Below are positions 12,895 through 27,490 of a DNA stretch of 64,000 nucleotides, in pieces. A program made the translations under genes and the position numbers. The notes under the pieces are model-generated. The model did not search any database. It was not told where the DNA came from and saw nothing but the letters and a program-made list of their open reading frames with translations. This DNA is from Octopus vulgaris (lineage: Eukaryota). Within the stretch, counting starts at the first letter, position 1. Each line of letters starts with the position of its first letter. Location of the stretch: positions 176,948,001 through 177,012,000 of the forward strand of contig OX597816.1 in assembly GCA_951406725.2 (NCBI GenBank). The letters are read 5' to 3'.

Positions 12895-13290
12895 CAGGAG
12901 TGGCTGTGTGGTAAGTAGCTTGCTTACCAACCACATGGTTCCGGGTTCAGTCCCACTGCGTGGCACCTTGGGCAAGTGTCTTCTACTATAGCCTCGGGCT
13001 GACCAAAGCCTTGTGAGTGGATTTAGTAGACCGAAACTGAAAGAAGCCCGTCGTATATATGTATATATATGTATGTGCGTGTATGTTTGTGTGTCTGTGT
13101 TTGTCCCCCTAGCATTGCTTGACAACCGATGCTGGGGTGTTTATGTCCCCGTCACTTAGTGGTTCGGCAAAAGTGACCGATAGAATAAGTACTGGGCTTA
13201 CAAAGAATAAGTCCCGGGGTCGAGTTGCTCAATTAAAGGCGGTGCTCCAGCCTGGCCACAGCCAAAATGACTGAAACAAGTAAAAGAAAA
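12895..13290 (+). mobile_element. SINE family A, full length
   Basis: Colinear with 10497-10896. Confidence 0.92.
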
Positions 13291-13377
13291 AAGATATATA
13301 TATAGCGGTGGTGCCCCAGCATGGCTGCGGCCTCTGGGCTAAAACATTTTTAAGGATTTTTAAGCATTTTAAGGATA

Positions 13378-13604
<227 letters not shown>

Positions 13605-13708
13605 TATATACATACACACACACACACATTTTCAATATGTGACTGCGTGTGTATCGTTGGCGATTTTCTTTCTCCGTCTTCCCTTCCTTGGACCTTTCCT
13701 TTTTCTAT

Positions 13709-13743
13709 GTTTCTGACGAAGAGCTCCACTCGAAATGTTAAAT
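13709..13743 (+). ncRNA. Minimal type I hammerhead ribozyme motif (PLE type), CpG-decayed
   Basis: GTTT-CTGACGA-A-GAG(CTCCA)CTC-GAAA-T-GTT-AAAT; stem I GTTT/AAAT, stem II GAG/CTC; GAAATGTT is one transition from the PLE consensus GAAACGTT. Confidence 0.6.
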
Positions 13744-13857
13744 CCTCCTTCTTTCTTTCCTTTCCTGAGCTTCCATTAACACTATACTTGTTCCATGTCC
13801 TTGCGTTGTTGTGTTTTCTCTTTGTTCATGTTTGGATTAACTATATACATACATACA

Positions 13858-13892
<35 letters not shown>

Positions 13893-14210
13893 TTTTGTGT
13901 GTCAAAGTAAAGCATATATATATATATATATACGCTTTGCTTGGATACACAACACCTGATGGAGTATGGGGCTCTGTTATAACCTCTGATGTCTTGGGTA
14001 GTATAACCTGGCAGAACCCATCAGTCTTCCTCTTTAACCATAGTGAAACTCACGGAGGGAAAGAGGAAGATAGAAAGAATTAACCCAGGCATTGGGCTGG
14101 GGCTTTCTTAGCTGTGCACACAGAGTGGAATTGAATACAAAAAGCAATCTATTTGACATTCTCATGAATATGACAATAACTTACCAAATACACACACATA
14201 CATTTATGAA

Positions 14211-14387
14211 TAGGTGCAGGAATGGTTGTGTGGTAAGAAGCTTGCTTCCCAACCACATGGTTTTGGGTTCAGTCCCATTGCGTGGCACCTTGGGCAAGTG
14301 TCTTCTACTATAGTCTTGGGCCGACCAAAGCCTTGTGAGTGGATTTGGTAGATGGAAACTGAAAGAAGCCTGTAGTATATATATATA

Positions 14388-14432
<45 letters not shown>

Positions 14433-14610
14433 CATTCCCCTACCATCGCTTGACAACTGATGTTGGTGTGTTTACATCTCCGTAACTTAGCGGTTTGGCA
14501 AAAGGGACCAAGTACTAGGCTTACAAAGAATAAGTCCTGGGATTGATTTGTTCGACTAAAGGCAGTGCTCCAGCATGGCCACAATCAAATGACTGAAATA
14601 AGTAAAAGAA
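14211..14610 (+). mobile_element. SINE family A
   Basis: Same head, internal microsatellite and tail as the other copies. Confidence 0.9.
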
Positions 14611-15005
14611 AGATTGTGTGTGCACATGTAGATACTGTCAGGGTTTCATCTCTTTAAAAGACCTATCATTCATCACTTGTCCCAGTATCATCCTCACCAT
14701 CATCATTCACATGTCACATGTCGCCCATGTCACCATCATTCTTATCTTGATCACTAATGTCATTAATCCTTACCGTTTCAATCACTCATTCCTCTTCTTA
14801 CTCTCACAGTACTGAACTAATAGTGTGAATAAGGATAGAAATGGAACTCAACTGTTCATTCTACACTGCTTCTTATGTAACCAATCTTATCCAACACTCC
14901 TGTGTTGTGTGGCTGTGTTGCAAGAAGCTTGCTTCCAACCTTATGGTTTTGGATTCTGTCCCATTGTGTGGCACCTTGAGCAAGATAAAAGATATGCATA
15001 CATCC

Positions 15006-15350
15006 AGGCGCAGGAGTGGCTGTGTGGTAATTAGCTTGCTAACCAACCACATGGTTCCGGGTTCAGTCCCACTGCGTGACATCTTGGGCAAGTGTCTTCT
15101 GCTATAGCCCCGGGTCGACCAATGCCTTGTGAGTGGATTTGGTAGACGGAAACTGAAAGAAGCCTGTCGTATATATGTATATATATGTGTTTGTGTTTGT
15201 GTTTGTCCCCCTAGCATTGCTTGACAACCGATGCTGGTGTGTGTACGTCCCCGTCACTTAGCGGTTCGGCAAAAAGAGACCGATAGAATAAGTACTAAAG
15301 GTGGTGCTCCAGCATGGCCGCAGTCAAATGACTGAAACAAGTAAAAGAGT
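15006..15350 (+). mobile_element. SINE family A (internal deletion), preceded by a partial head at about 14905-14985
   Basis: Matches the family consensus but lacks the GGGCTTACAAAG..CGACT segment. Confidence 0.88.
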
Positions 15351-16326
15351 ATACACACACATTATTATCAGTATGTACTTCATACTATCTACTCATATCT
15401 TTACCAACCACATGGTATCAAGAGACACTTTTGCCATTTGATCACCATTTAATTTCATCTCAATGTCATAAACATTATGTAAAACTGATACCACAAAGAA
15501 AAACGAAAAAAAAAATGGCTTCAGAAAACACTCCTTTAAAACTCTACCACCTCCCAACTCCACCCCCAATCAAGTATCTTGTGTTGACCATTCACTACTT
15601 TCTTTCAGCTATCATTCATGGACAGTCTTTCACTCCCACACTGATTAACAAACCCCAAACACACCCAAACCTCATATATAGAATCACAAAACCCCAAATC
15701 CTCAGATCTGTTTGACAACGAATGCGAGAAAGTTCTCCAAAAAGGTTAACAAGAAAATTTAAGAAAAAAAAATTTTTCTTTTTAAATCTCCCATTCTTTT
15801 TCTTTTTTCAAGCACACACACACACACACACACAAATATCTATCTACAGTTTCCATCTACCAAACTGACTCACAAGGTTTTGGTTAGCCTGAAGCTAAGG
15901 TAGAAAACACCTACTCAAGATACCACACAATGGAATCATACCCCTATTGCATATGTACATATATGTATGTTACATGCATATGCATATTATACACACACAC
16001 AAAACATATACATGCATAAGCATTCACACACACAAATATCTATATACAATTAAGCACATATACATACAAGTGGAAATGTATGTGTGTGTGTGTATATATA
16101 TATATATATACACACACACATATGTATATAAAAATAAATAAATGTGTCTGTGTGTGTATGTATAATTAACTGTCCATAATTGAAAAAACATAATGGACAC
16201 TCATGAGACAGCAATTATATTTTTATATATATTGTCAAGCAATATATAATTGGTTGTTGCTTATAACTAGTGAAAATGTTATCATTGGTTTCATACTTGA
16301 CAATATCAATGAGACTTCTGGCTGCC

Positions 16327-16387
16327 ATCTCTGAAGAATCATCAATATTGTAAAGTGCAACAGTCATTGTGAAACTGATGGTAACAT
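16327..16387 (+). ncRNA. Decayed hammerhead-like motif with an inverted partial duplicate at 16262-16301
   Basis: ATCT-CTGAAGA-(33 nt)-GAAAC-TGATG-GTA-ACAT; stems are imperfect. Confidence 0.35.
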
Positions 16388-16799
16388 TCTGAGCAGTTAT
16401 ATACCATAACTAGTAACATACTACTTGATGATATAATATATTAGTCAATGAAATTCCAACATGGTCTGATTTCCAGATTTAGTTTTTATACTTTTTATAA
16501 AATTACATATTATAATAAAAGAAATATTTTCCTGTTTTCTTTAATCTTTGGGTTTACGTAGTAGCAGTAGTATAAAGTTTATGAAGTATCAACTAATAGT
16601 TGTCCTTCACAATACTTTTACTACATGAACCTTACAATTGCGAAAAGCTTGAAAGTACTTGTATTGTTGTAATACGTAGTATTGTAAAATTGTAAAATAT
16701 AAGAAAATAAAACGTGAAAATCAGATTATATCGGAATTTCAATGACAAACATATTTATCTATACAGAATCATACAAACTCTGGTGTGTTAAGAAGCATG

Positions 16800-17053
16800 C
16801 TGTGAGTGGATTTGGTAGACAGAAACTGAAAGAAGCCCATCATATATATATATATGTTTGTCACCCAACCATTGCTTGACAACTGATGTTGGTGTGTTAT
16901 GTCCCTGAAACTTAGCAGTTCAGCAAAAGTGGAAGATAGAATAAATACCAGGCTTACAAAAGATAAGTCCTGAGGTTGATTTGTTCAACTAGAGGTGGTG
17001 CTCCAACATGGCCGCAATTAAATTGACTGAAACAAGTCAAAGAATAAAAGAAT
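16800..17053 (+). mobile_element. SINE family A, 5'-truncated
   Basis: Starts at TGTGAGTGGATTTGGTAGAC and ends in the AAAAGAAT tail. Confidence 0.85.
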
Positions 17054-17061
17054 GTATATAT

Positions 17062-17450
17062 TATTTTATTTGTTTCAATCATTTGACTGCGGCCATGCTG
17101 GAACACTGCCTTAAGGGTTTTATCAAGGAAATCAACCCTAGGACTTATTCTTTGTAAGCCTAGTACTTATTCTATCAGTCTCTTTTGCCAAACTGCTAAG
17201 TTACAGGAAGGTAAACACACCAATATTGGTTGTCATGTGGTGGTGGGGGAACAAACACAGACTCACAAATATATATATATATATATATATACAATGGACC
17301 TCTTTCAGTTTCCATCTACCAAATCCACTCATAAGGCATTGCTCAGCCTGAGGCTATAGTAGAACACCCAAGGTGCCACACAGTGGGACCGAACCCAGAA
17401 CCATGTGGTTGGGAAGCTAGATTTTTACCACATAGCCACACCAGTGCCTA
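17062..17450 (-). mobile_element. SINE family A, tail-to-tail with the preceding copy
   Basis: Reverse complement of the family consensus. Confidence 0.88.
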
Positions 17451-17489
<39 letters not shown>

Positions 17490-17872
17490 CATTGGATTTA
17501 ATATTCCATGATGGTTGTAGACAAGTATCACCATAATACAAGTGGTGTCATTTGTTTCTTATCTCCCTGGCATAATTGTCTGACTAATGTTATTCCAAAC
17601 ATCACAAACGCCATCACAAGCAATGTCATGACTTTGCTAGTAATGAAGTTTATGACATTTATAATATCACCATGGGAACCAGATAAGAAAATCAAAAACC
17701 AAGCTTACCAGCTGATGATCAGGAATGAGTATCTCTGAGTGCTGGAAATTGGAGCCTTTTAGATATATTATAACTAAAATGTTCTGATTTCCAGTGCCCT
17801 ACATGAGTATTGAATCCTGCAATTTATCACTTCTGGTAAACCTCAGAAGATTTACACATACGTATGTGTGTA

Positions 17873-17926
<54 letters not shown>

Positions 17927-17994
17927 TACGCACATACACTCCAAAGATCTTTCAAAGGAACCTCATTTTGATCACATGTATGTGTGTGTGTGCA

Positions 17995-18507
17995 GCCAGC
18001 CCACTTATGCATTCCTTTCCTTCTTGGGACACAAAGCTCCACTTGTGAAGACCTGTTGAGGCAAGTGAAAATCAAAATCAAAATCGATCAACATCAATGG
18101 AATTTGTAGCTGTGTTACCAGTGCCGGTGGCACATAAGAGAACCATCCAAATGTGACCGTAGCCAGTGCCGCCCTGACTAGCCTCCATGCTGGTGGCACG
18201 TAAAAAGCACCATCCGATTTGTGGTCGTTGCCAGCTTTGTCTGGTCTCCATGCCGGTGGCACGTAAAAATCACCATCCGATCATGGCCGTTAGCCAGCCT
18301 CGTCTGGCACCTGTGCCGGTGGCACATAAAAAGCACCCACTACACTCACGGAGTGGTTGGCGTTAGGAAGGTCATCCAGCTGTAGAAACACTGCCTGATC
18401 AGACTGGGCCTGGTGCAGCCTTCTGGCTTCCCAGACCCCAGTTGAACCGTCCAACCCATGCTAGCATGGAAAGCGGATGTTAAACGACGATGATGACGAT
18501 GATGATG
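17995..18507 (+). mobile_element. RTE LINE 3' UTR (5'-truncated copy) with (GAT)n tail
   Basis: Colinear with 36365-36813, with extra GCCGGTGGCACGTAAAAAGCACC units. Confidence 0.9.
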
Positions 18508-18549
18508 TTGAAAGATGTAAAAGGCCAAACAATGCAAATAGATTTTAAG

Positions 18550-18815
18550 ATGAGGTAACGTAAACTAAAAGTAAGTTACCTGGTAATCTTTGGTTTTATA
18601 TGTATCCAATATTTTGGGACATACAAGTTCCTTCTTCAGGGTTAAAAAGAAACCGTCCTTGGAAAGATGTTTTTTGTCAGAGATAAAATAATTCTATGAT
18701 TATATTTGAATTTTCAAGCGTTTCTCTTCTTCGTGAATGTTAGTGACATCAGTTATTAACTTATCGCTCCCCAAATCAATTTTCATCCCCTCTTTTCTAA
18801 TATGTAGCAAATGTG
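18550..18815 (-). mobile_element. Penelope-like 3' UTR/pLTR fragment with decayed hammerhead (18606-18641)
   Basis: Minus strand CC-CTGAAGA-AGGAAC(TTGTAT)GTCCC-AAAA-TATT-GG, CpG-decayed from CGAAATATCGG; 18737-18815 duplicates the sequence just downstream of the GIY-YIG ORF. Confidence 0.55.
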
Positions 18816-18816
18816 T

Positions 18817-19046
18817 ATATATATGTATGTGTGTGTCTGTGTTTGTCCCCCTAGCATTGCTTGACAACCGATGCTGGTGTGTTTATGTCCCCGTTACTTA
18901 GCGGTTTGGCAAAAGAGACCGATAGAATAAGTACTTGGCTTACAAAAGAATAAGTCCCGGGGTCGAGTTGCTCGATTAAAGGCGGTGCTCCAGCATGGCC
19001 GCAGTCAAATGACTGAAACAAGTGAAAGAGTAAAAGAGTAAAAGAG
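18817..19046 (+). mobile_element. SINE family A, 3' half
   Basis: GTTTGTCCCCCTAGCATTGCTTGACAACCG..(GAGTAAAA)n. Confidence 0.88.
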
Positions 19047-19049
19047 ATT

Positions 19050-19400
19050 TAGTTTCAATTTAATCCATCGTGATAGAATTAAATTCATTTGCACCAAGTT
19101 CATTTTTACCATTTACTCCTTTAGATAACATGATCTTTGTTCTATTTCTAGCTGAACTTTTATTCGATTTGACGTTATTATTTATGTTAAGTTGGGTTTA
19201 AACCCCTTCCCACGACATCTAATTTCCTAGTGTTCTCTTTTATTTGAGTTTCTTTCGTTTGGAGTTATAAATTCGAAAATTTATTAGGCTGTTTTGATCG
19301 TACTCACTTTTTTAAAATTCCGCTATTATTTTAACATTGTGTGCTGCTCTAATTTGTGCAATATTATGGCTAAGACAATAACCCAAACTAATCTTATGTC
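19050..19400 (-). pseudogene. Possible Penelope-like ORF linker fragment
   Basis: Minus frame HKISLGYCLSHNIAQIRAAHNVKII resembles the PLE 'K.SYSC..N...I..HN.KI' motif (compare SVRISYSTLSSMGTIIARLNRKNI in ORF 40596-41447). Confidence 0.4.
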
Positions 19401-19486
19401 AATTAAAAATTGGTGTGAGATTACGAAGCTTGCTTCCCAACCATGTGATTGCATATATATCTATATACATGTGTTTATGTGTGTGT

Positions 19487-19975
<489 letters not shown>

Positions 19976-20084
19976 AAAATATATGTAGATAATGTTTGTG
20001 ACATCAGTTATTAACTTATCGCTCCCCAAATCAATTTTCATCCCCTCTTTTCTAATATGTAGCAAATGTGTCTGTGTGTGTATG

Positions 20085-20363
20085 TCATGTTATGTATTGC
20101 GTGCCTAGCTCAATTCTATTATTTATTTGTGGGTTTAATTTATAGATAATCAAAGCTTCCTTAATTCTTAAGTTGTCGAGATTTCTATCATTGGCTTCAA
20201 TAGTAACTTTAATTTGTTTGTTGGTATTTTTACATATATCAATGTGTTTTTTGAATGAGGATGCGTGTGTGTTGAAATGTTCTTTAATGCGAATATGCAA
20301 AATTTGAGTTGTGCTACCTATATAAAATGCCTTACATTTGTTGCATTCTATTCGGTATACTAC
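20085..20363 (-). pseudogene. GIY-YIG endonuclease C-terminus of a Penelope-like retroelement (5'-truncated)
   Basis: [30 protein letters not shown]...[19 protein letters not shown]. Confidence 0.9.
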
Positions 20364-20445
20364 ATGTATGGATATGCATTTATATATGCATAGTGCATAT
20401 ACATTTATATATAAGCATGTATATATGTGCATGTATGTGTGTGTG

Positions 20446-20550
<105 letters not shown>

Positions 20551-21870
20551 TTCTTACATATATATGATGTTAATGTAAAAGTTAAATCCAAATTCAGTAA
20601 CAGTATATTAAAATGTTAATTATTACAGAGTTAGTGAGAATAATTGATAGAAAATTAAAACAGCATGAAAATCAGGAAGTGTTCACAAAAACATAAAGCC
20701 AATTTTTCAAAAATGAACATGAATTTTTGTTTCTTAAGCAATGATTTTTTTTTTCATAAAGAATTATGAATATTTGCTGAAATCAACTTGAAGACCTTAT
20801 AATGAAATGGGAAACTTAATATCTAGTGAATGTATATTTAAGATCTTGTGTTTATAGACATTTAAAAAAAAACACTAGAATGTTTTATAATTAGATTACA
20901 AATGCGTCAAAACAACACTTATTTTCTCTTCCATTTTTATTAGTACTTTTGATCAATAATTAATCTCCTTTTTTTTCAGGAATGAGCTGAAAATCATATC
21001 AATCATATACATAGCTTATGCTGTAGCTGGTTAATTATGATCAAAGCAACTTTATATCTAGCCTTTTCTTGCCACAATGCACCTAAGACCATATGTCCCT
21101 CTAATATGGTTAGGTGTTATTTGAGGGAAATTAAGCTGTTATATCCAGTAGAATAAACGGACCATATAAAGGCTTCCTTGTTGGCTTGATTACGATAGCA
21201 CAGTTTCTGTTTATTCATACCTTTAAATCAACAAAAATTGCTGTCATCTGACTAACTTTATCTCAATCAATGAAGGTATACATAAGAATGGTCACACGAA
21301 ATCACATTTACTGAGGTAATAATCTTTTATAAAGTTAATGTGGAAAACAATATTTAAGCTATTGTGCAACTGCCGCATGTTATACTGCTGGTAGTAATCA
21401 AAGTTGATTTTCTATGAAATTGTTTTTTTTATTGAGTTGTTGTTCATTAAGTTACAGAAATCTGAAAAAATGGCTCTTGTAAAGATGCTATCACAAAACT
21501 GCTTACCTTGAAAATCCCTTCCCATAAAAAACAAAAACAAAAACAAAAAAAACACACACACACAAATTGATAACAACTAGTCTCAATTATTGATTGTTAA
21601 TAACAAATAATTAATTATTATCTTCAAATCTGCATATCTTATTATAAATAACAGATCACAGACCAACTTAAGCTGGACATACCATGTAATCATTATGTTT
21701 TAAGTATGTCCCATGCAACAATAATAAGTAACAATGTTAATTACTTATACAATTAGAACACTCTCTGCAGTGGGATTAATGTTTTATTTTCAATTATTAT
21801 AGGAAGCATATTATTTTCCTTTCGTAAGTGTAACCCCATGCAAAACTGTCTTAGGCAAAACTGCCACATG

Positions 21871-21901
<31 letters not shown>

Positions 21902-22558
21902 GATTTAGCCTAGTTTAAAACTTTTAACATGCAATCAAAAAATTAGATTTTATTGGAAACAATTGTCTATCAGAAGGCATGCCATGCTAAAATATCAACA
22001 CAAAAGTCAGAATGCAAAACTGATGACTTATAAGCTGTACCATTGGGTATGTCTTCCATGATAGCACAACGAGATACATCATCCACTGGTTGATAGGGAC
22101 ATCTGCAATATTGGGTGAAGCACCAAATTATAAGTATCCTATTTCTTACAACTGTGCCATTTACAGAAGAACAGTTCTCTCACTATTTCAATTCTAAATG
22201 TCTTGCATATTTAAGGACATTTACAAAATTAATTATTGGAATTTTATAGCAACAAATTCCAAATATATCTTTTTTCCTACCTATGGCAAAGAATGCTAAG
22301 AATTTCAGAACAAATATTACAAAAATTATGAATATCCCTGAAGGCAACTAAAGCTGTCATTTAACTTTAAGTTGTAATAAATTAAAATTTTAATAACTTC
22401 AACTTCATTATATACTCTATACTTGCATCAGTTGCTTGTATTATTATTAGCATTATGGTTATGAAACTCAAAGGAAGTGCTTACAAGTAATGATATCTTT
22501 TGTTTCTACAACTATTGGCTATCAGAAAAGAAACTGCCAATGTGAGTGTGTGTATGTA

Positions 22559-22611
<53 letters not shown>

Positions 22612-22930
22612 GCATACCTTAACATATTTTTCAACTTTATGTTGTGTTTGTTAGAATGTAATGAAAAAATAAACAGCAACTTTATGTCGGTCTCAGTAAA
22701 ACACATTTAAAAACATAAAAATGAAAAAAAAAAAAAACAACCTAAAAACTAACATTGAAGTGGATAATCAAATAGAATAGATATGAAAATATGTAGAAGC
22801 CATTTTAAAGCAGATATAAATTAATAAATTTGTTTTAAATGTCTTTTTATGTATTTTTCATGTTACATCATTTTTGTATTTTGTTAAGTTGCATGTCTTG
22901 TAACCATTTACTGACATATGTTGAGGTATA

Positions 22931-22980
<50 letters not shown>

Positions 22981-23522
22981 TATATTGAAAAATATCATTC
23001 TACTTATGTATTTTTTTATGGTGGTGGTGGTGGTGGGGGGGAGTCAAATTTTGTAGGTGTTAGCTCAAAGTTTTGAGATCCTATGCCTAAGGTTATTATT
23101 ATTGTATATAATTCTTAGCTTTACAATTTCACTTATCTATAACAAGAACCAAACAGGCTACTGAGGCAAAAGGCCAGTTGAGAACATTATTACAGTACTA
23201 GAGAGATGCTGTAAATAAACATTGAGAAAGAGTGGCTATATTAGGTTAAAACAGCTGTATTAGAAATAGATATCATTAATTAGCTAAATATTTCAGCATC
23301 TATTATCAGTGTGTGTACAATTACTGCACCAGTAATTTAATAGCATTTGATGTATTTATGAAGTATTTTACTTTACCTTCTATCTAGATTAGTGAAAGTT
23401 AGACAAATTTGTCATCTCTTTCTCTCTCTCTCTCTCTCTCTGTTTCCTGGAGCAGGTTTTATTTACATGTGAATGTCTTTTTTTAAGAATAAAAATTTGC
23501 TTAGAAAGAAGGTAGTATATTA

Positions 23523-23720
23523 TTGTTGTTGTTTAGCCCGAGGTCAATCGTGATTAAGTAGACCTATGACAACCAAATGCATTCCTGCTATGATAATTAT
23601 CTTGTTATTCCAATATATTGTTTCAATAACTATCTCTCCTTTCTTCATTTGTTTTTAATGTTAGGCTGTTATCAGAGACAAACTTCTATACAGACACATC
23701 GTCTCCTTTATTGGTTTGTA
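23523..23720 (+). repeat. Dispersed old repeat family C (also about 21020-21190, 55845-56040; minus about 49795-49980, 61200-61400, 63760-63900)
   Basis: Shared GTTTAGCCC..GGTCA..GACCTATGA..CATTCC and GATTTG.CTGCTATTTCTAG segments across the copies. Confidence 0.55.
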
Positions 23721-24245
23721 GTAGGATAAGCTAACAAGGCTGGATCAATGTATTTCCTTTATCATAAATTTCTTTATTACAGTTTTACACCCATGTTCTA
23801 TGCTACATGAGTAGGATAGGTTTACATTGTAAATATGTATAGAAATTTTCATACTTCTTGTACAAATCTTTTGACAGATTGAAGTTATTCTTACAGCTTA
23901 GAATTGAACTGATAAGCAAAAGTAACCCACTGTTAATAAGCCCCACTGACTCAAGCAGAATAAAATACTTGGCTTAGAATCACACTGCAATGACTTTAGC
24001 AAGGTTTGAACTTACTATAAGACCAGCAGTCTAGTACTTTAATATTTCCATTCAGTGACATTGACAAAGTGTATCAATGCATTACTGAGATTGGTAACAA
24101 GATCATAGCTCAAAAGGAAAAAATAAGGTAGAAAATATGGAACTTCTAGTATTACTACTTTGATAACAAAAGAGCTCATGTGAGAAAATAATTTTCAATC
24201 TTATAAATTATCAAAAACTCTAAATAAAAAATAGTTACTAAATTA

Positions 24246-24737
24246 CACTGTGTAACAAAATTTTTATTTATTTATTTTTTGTCTTTGGTCAGTAAGTGTT
24301 ATTTCCTATTTGCTTCTATTTAGAAATCAAAGGAAATGACTACTTTCCCCTTCAAAGTTTGTTTTGTGACCTGGACATCAATGTTTTAAAACTGACCTAT
24401 TTTCCATCACATCTCAGACAGATTCATCACGGAGTTGCTGAAGCAGAAATATTGTTATAGCAAATATTCTGCTCAATACCACGGATTTGCTTGTCAGTTG
24501 CTTGACTGTAATCACTTGAGCATTTCTCTTAGTGGCTGACAATATGTGCTTCTCTGATCATGAACAGGAGTAGTAGGGGAGCATCATAGCCATGTGTTGA
24601 GGGGGATTCTTTGGGGTTTGAATAAATGTAACAAAAGCAAAGTTTGAAGGAAAGTTAACCATTTTTCATACTTCCTAGGGGTAAGCAAATAGGAAATAAC
24701 AGTTGCTACCCAAGGACAAAAATCGTGTTACACAGTG
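24246..24737. mobile_element. Non-autonomous TIR element (Tc1/mariner-like), about 490 bp with long imperfect TIRs
   Basis: CACTGTGTAACA / TGTTACACAGTG termini; inverted similarity continues about 120 bp (GTTATTTCCTATTTGCTT / AAGCAAATAGGAAATAAC); left flank TA, right flank TT. Confidence 0.7.
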
Positions 24738-25419
24738 TTATTCAGGAAACATTACAAGTAAATTAAATTAAAGTTGCTTGAGAACTAGATATGAATTGAA
24801 AATAAAAATATACGTTTGTATTTTAGAATTAAGTGTATATGCAAGTATAGATAATTCTTATGACACAGCTAATGTTTTTTTTTGTTGTTGTTATGATTCT
24901 GTATCATGAGTCATTTGTGATTGCATTCACACTTGATTTAAATATGGATATGTCTTAAAAGCTTAGACGAATGACATATCAAGAGCAAATGATTTCTAAA
25001 ATCCTAACTTTAACTATGCTAAACATTTAGTCTCAGAAAAATTTAAGAACCGTCATTGGCTATATTCAGCACCCATGAACTATACTCAGCCATTATGAAA
25101 TACATTCAGTAATAAACTAAACTAAGGATAAAATATGATTCAAGTTAATATGGGACTAAACTACAACGGAAAGATATGATAAATTAGTTTCAGAACCTAT
25201 AATAATGTTTCAATAACAATCTGTATTATTATGGGAAAATGGAGTTCACATTGACAACTAATATGACATATTGACACATCCTTACAATCACTTTCAATGA
25301 TTATCAATAATTAGGAAATATATATACAATATATTTTAATAACAATATAATAAACAAATAAATATGTATCAGTTAATAATCCATTCATAAAAATCTGATA
25401 ACTATGTTTAAAGATTAAC

Positions 25420-25649
25420 TTAACCCTTTCGTTACTGTATTTATTTTGAGATGCTCTGAGTTTCTTTCAATTAATTTTAAATATAACAAAGAATTTAGTA
25501 AAATAACTTCATTATCATTAAGCTAGTGTTAGGAACATAAATTGTGACTAAGGTTTGGTGGAAGATTTTAATTCAGAACTTTTGAAAACAAGACATTTGT
25601 ATGACTGAACAAGAGGCAGTTTCAGCCGGGTTGGTATCAAAAGGGTTAA
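25420..25649. mobile_element. piggyBac-type MITE, family P1
   Basis: TTAA-CCCTTTCGTTAC..GTATCAAAAGGG-TTAA. Confidence 0.85.
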
Positions 25650-26683
25650 ATGTTCCTGGAAACACAAGTGGCTAGCCTAAAGTTAGTTCTTTTAAAACTT
25701 TTATTAAAGAGTTTATCAGATTAGCAGATTTATTTATTTCCTCAATTAACTAATTACAGAGCTTATTAACATTTATATCATTAAAATAAGTCGAAATTTG
25801 AGATATACTGAGCAAAAATGTTCAGATTTGTGGTTAAGTGAAGCCTTCTGCTGATTATGTATCCATGATAACTGAATTAATTTGCCACTTTTAATGATTC
25901 AATCTTGTTTTTAAATTCTTTGTGAGAAGAGTATTTATATTATCAACACTGACAGAGTGGATATTAGTTGTACTTGAAGCTTTGGGTAGCCTGTTTATCA
26001 ATGTACTTCTCCAAACTTTATTGCTTCACTGAGCATAGAGTTTCTCCTTACTTTACATATTAAGTAATACCATTTTGTTTCATATTATCAGTGCTATGAC
26101 TGAAATAGTTCTTTATTGTTAGTCCTACACTATTATGCATAAAAAATTACACATATACAAAACTAAATGGGAATACTAAATAGTGCAACAGTGAAACGCC
26201 AGATGAAGTGTTTAGTTTTATCCTTCCATGTTCCACATGGCTGATCATATCTAAAGGATCATTGCTATAAGTTTCAATAATATACTACTCACAAGTCAAT
26301 TAAAATAATTACATGCTTTTCTGACAAAATAAAATACTAATATAGTTATAGAAATCTTAAGCAGAACATAAAATTCCTACTTCTTCTGTTGTCCAGAGCT
26401 TCTTTGATTCCGTTTTTACAGTGTTCTTAATGTTCTTGTGTCTATTGTTTAAACTAACATTATTTTGTTATTCTAAAAACTACTTGTCTAAATAAATTTT
26501 TTTGTAAGACAATTTAGAAATTCAAAAATGCCTTTAACAGACTATTTTAACTTATTTGAAGGACAGTTACGTATATATAGTAGATACCATAGGTTGTATA
26601 AATTTTGAAGCTTATTAAAACATTTTGATCTATTACAAGTTTTACAGTGTGATACAATTGTTTATGAAAGATAACTTGAGTGT

Positions 26684-26916
26684 TTAAAGCCTTTATCATT
26701 CACATTATTCTACCAAAAGTAATTCTTAGTTATTCACATTGTTTTGAATTAATCATGGATAATCTTGTAGTTATGGGATTTTGATGAGGTGGCCATTAAT
26801 TTTTTAGAATGACATTGTAGGTTAGGTGTGAGAGGCTGGATCTGGCCAGTTTGAACATAAAACAGGCAGAACATTTTGGGGCTGGATATGGTTGGTTTAA
26901 ATGCTACAGAGTTTAA
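26684..26916. mobile_element. piggyBac-type MITE, family P2 (degraded)
   Basis: Colinear with 63033-63253 and with the reverse complement of 48883-49111. Confidence 0.7.
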
Positions 26917-27166
26917 GGACACCATTAGTTAATTTACATTCGTTTCTCATAGACATAACATAGATTTATTAAATATGCTTACTGTTTATTGGGTATATAT
27001 GAAAGGTTAAAAGCTTTTTAATAATTTGCTAATCAGCATGATTTCATTGATGAGAAATGAAATCCAAGATTTGTCATAGCTTAACTGAGAAATGAAACAA
27101 TAATTGCATTGCTACATAATGGCTATATTATAATAATGATTTTACTTCAATATAATATGTAATAAT

Positions 27167-27490
27167 GTGAAGGTGCATTGCTTAGTGGTTAGGGCATTCA
27201 GCTCATGATTGTAAGGTCATGAGTTCAATTCCCAGTGACGCATTGTGTCCTTGAGCAAGAAACTTTATATCACATTGCTCCAGTCCACTCAGCTGGCAAA
27301 AATGAGTAGTACCTGTATTTCAAAGGGCCAGCCCTGTCACACTCTGTGTCACACTGAATCTCCTTGAGAGCTACGTTAAGGGTACATGTGTCTGTGGAGT
27401 GCTCAGCCACTTACATGTTAATTTCATGAGTGGGCTGTTCCATTGATTGGATCAACTGGAACCCTTGTTGTCATAACTAATGGAGTGCCA
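27167..27490 (+). mobile_element. SINE family B1
   Basis: tRNA-like head (GCTTAGTGG, GAGTTCAATTCCC), TGTGTCCTTGAGCAAG CORE-like box, tail B. Confidence 0.88.

Noticed and set aside
12892-13125. Recurrent ORF family (MSSNARGTNTDT.. / RRASFSFRLPNPLTRLWSARGYSRRHLPK)
   Set aside because: Antisense translation of SINE A copies; frame varies with the internal microsatellite length
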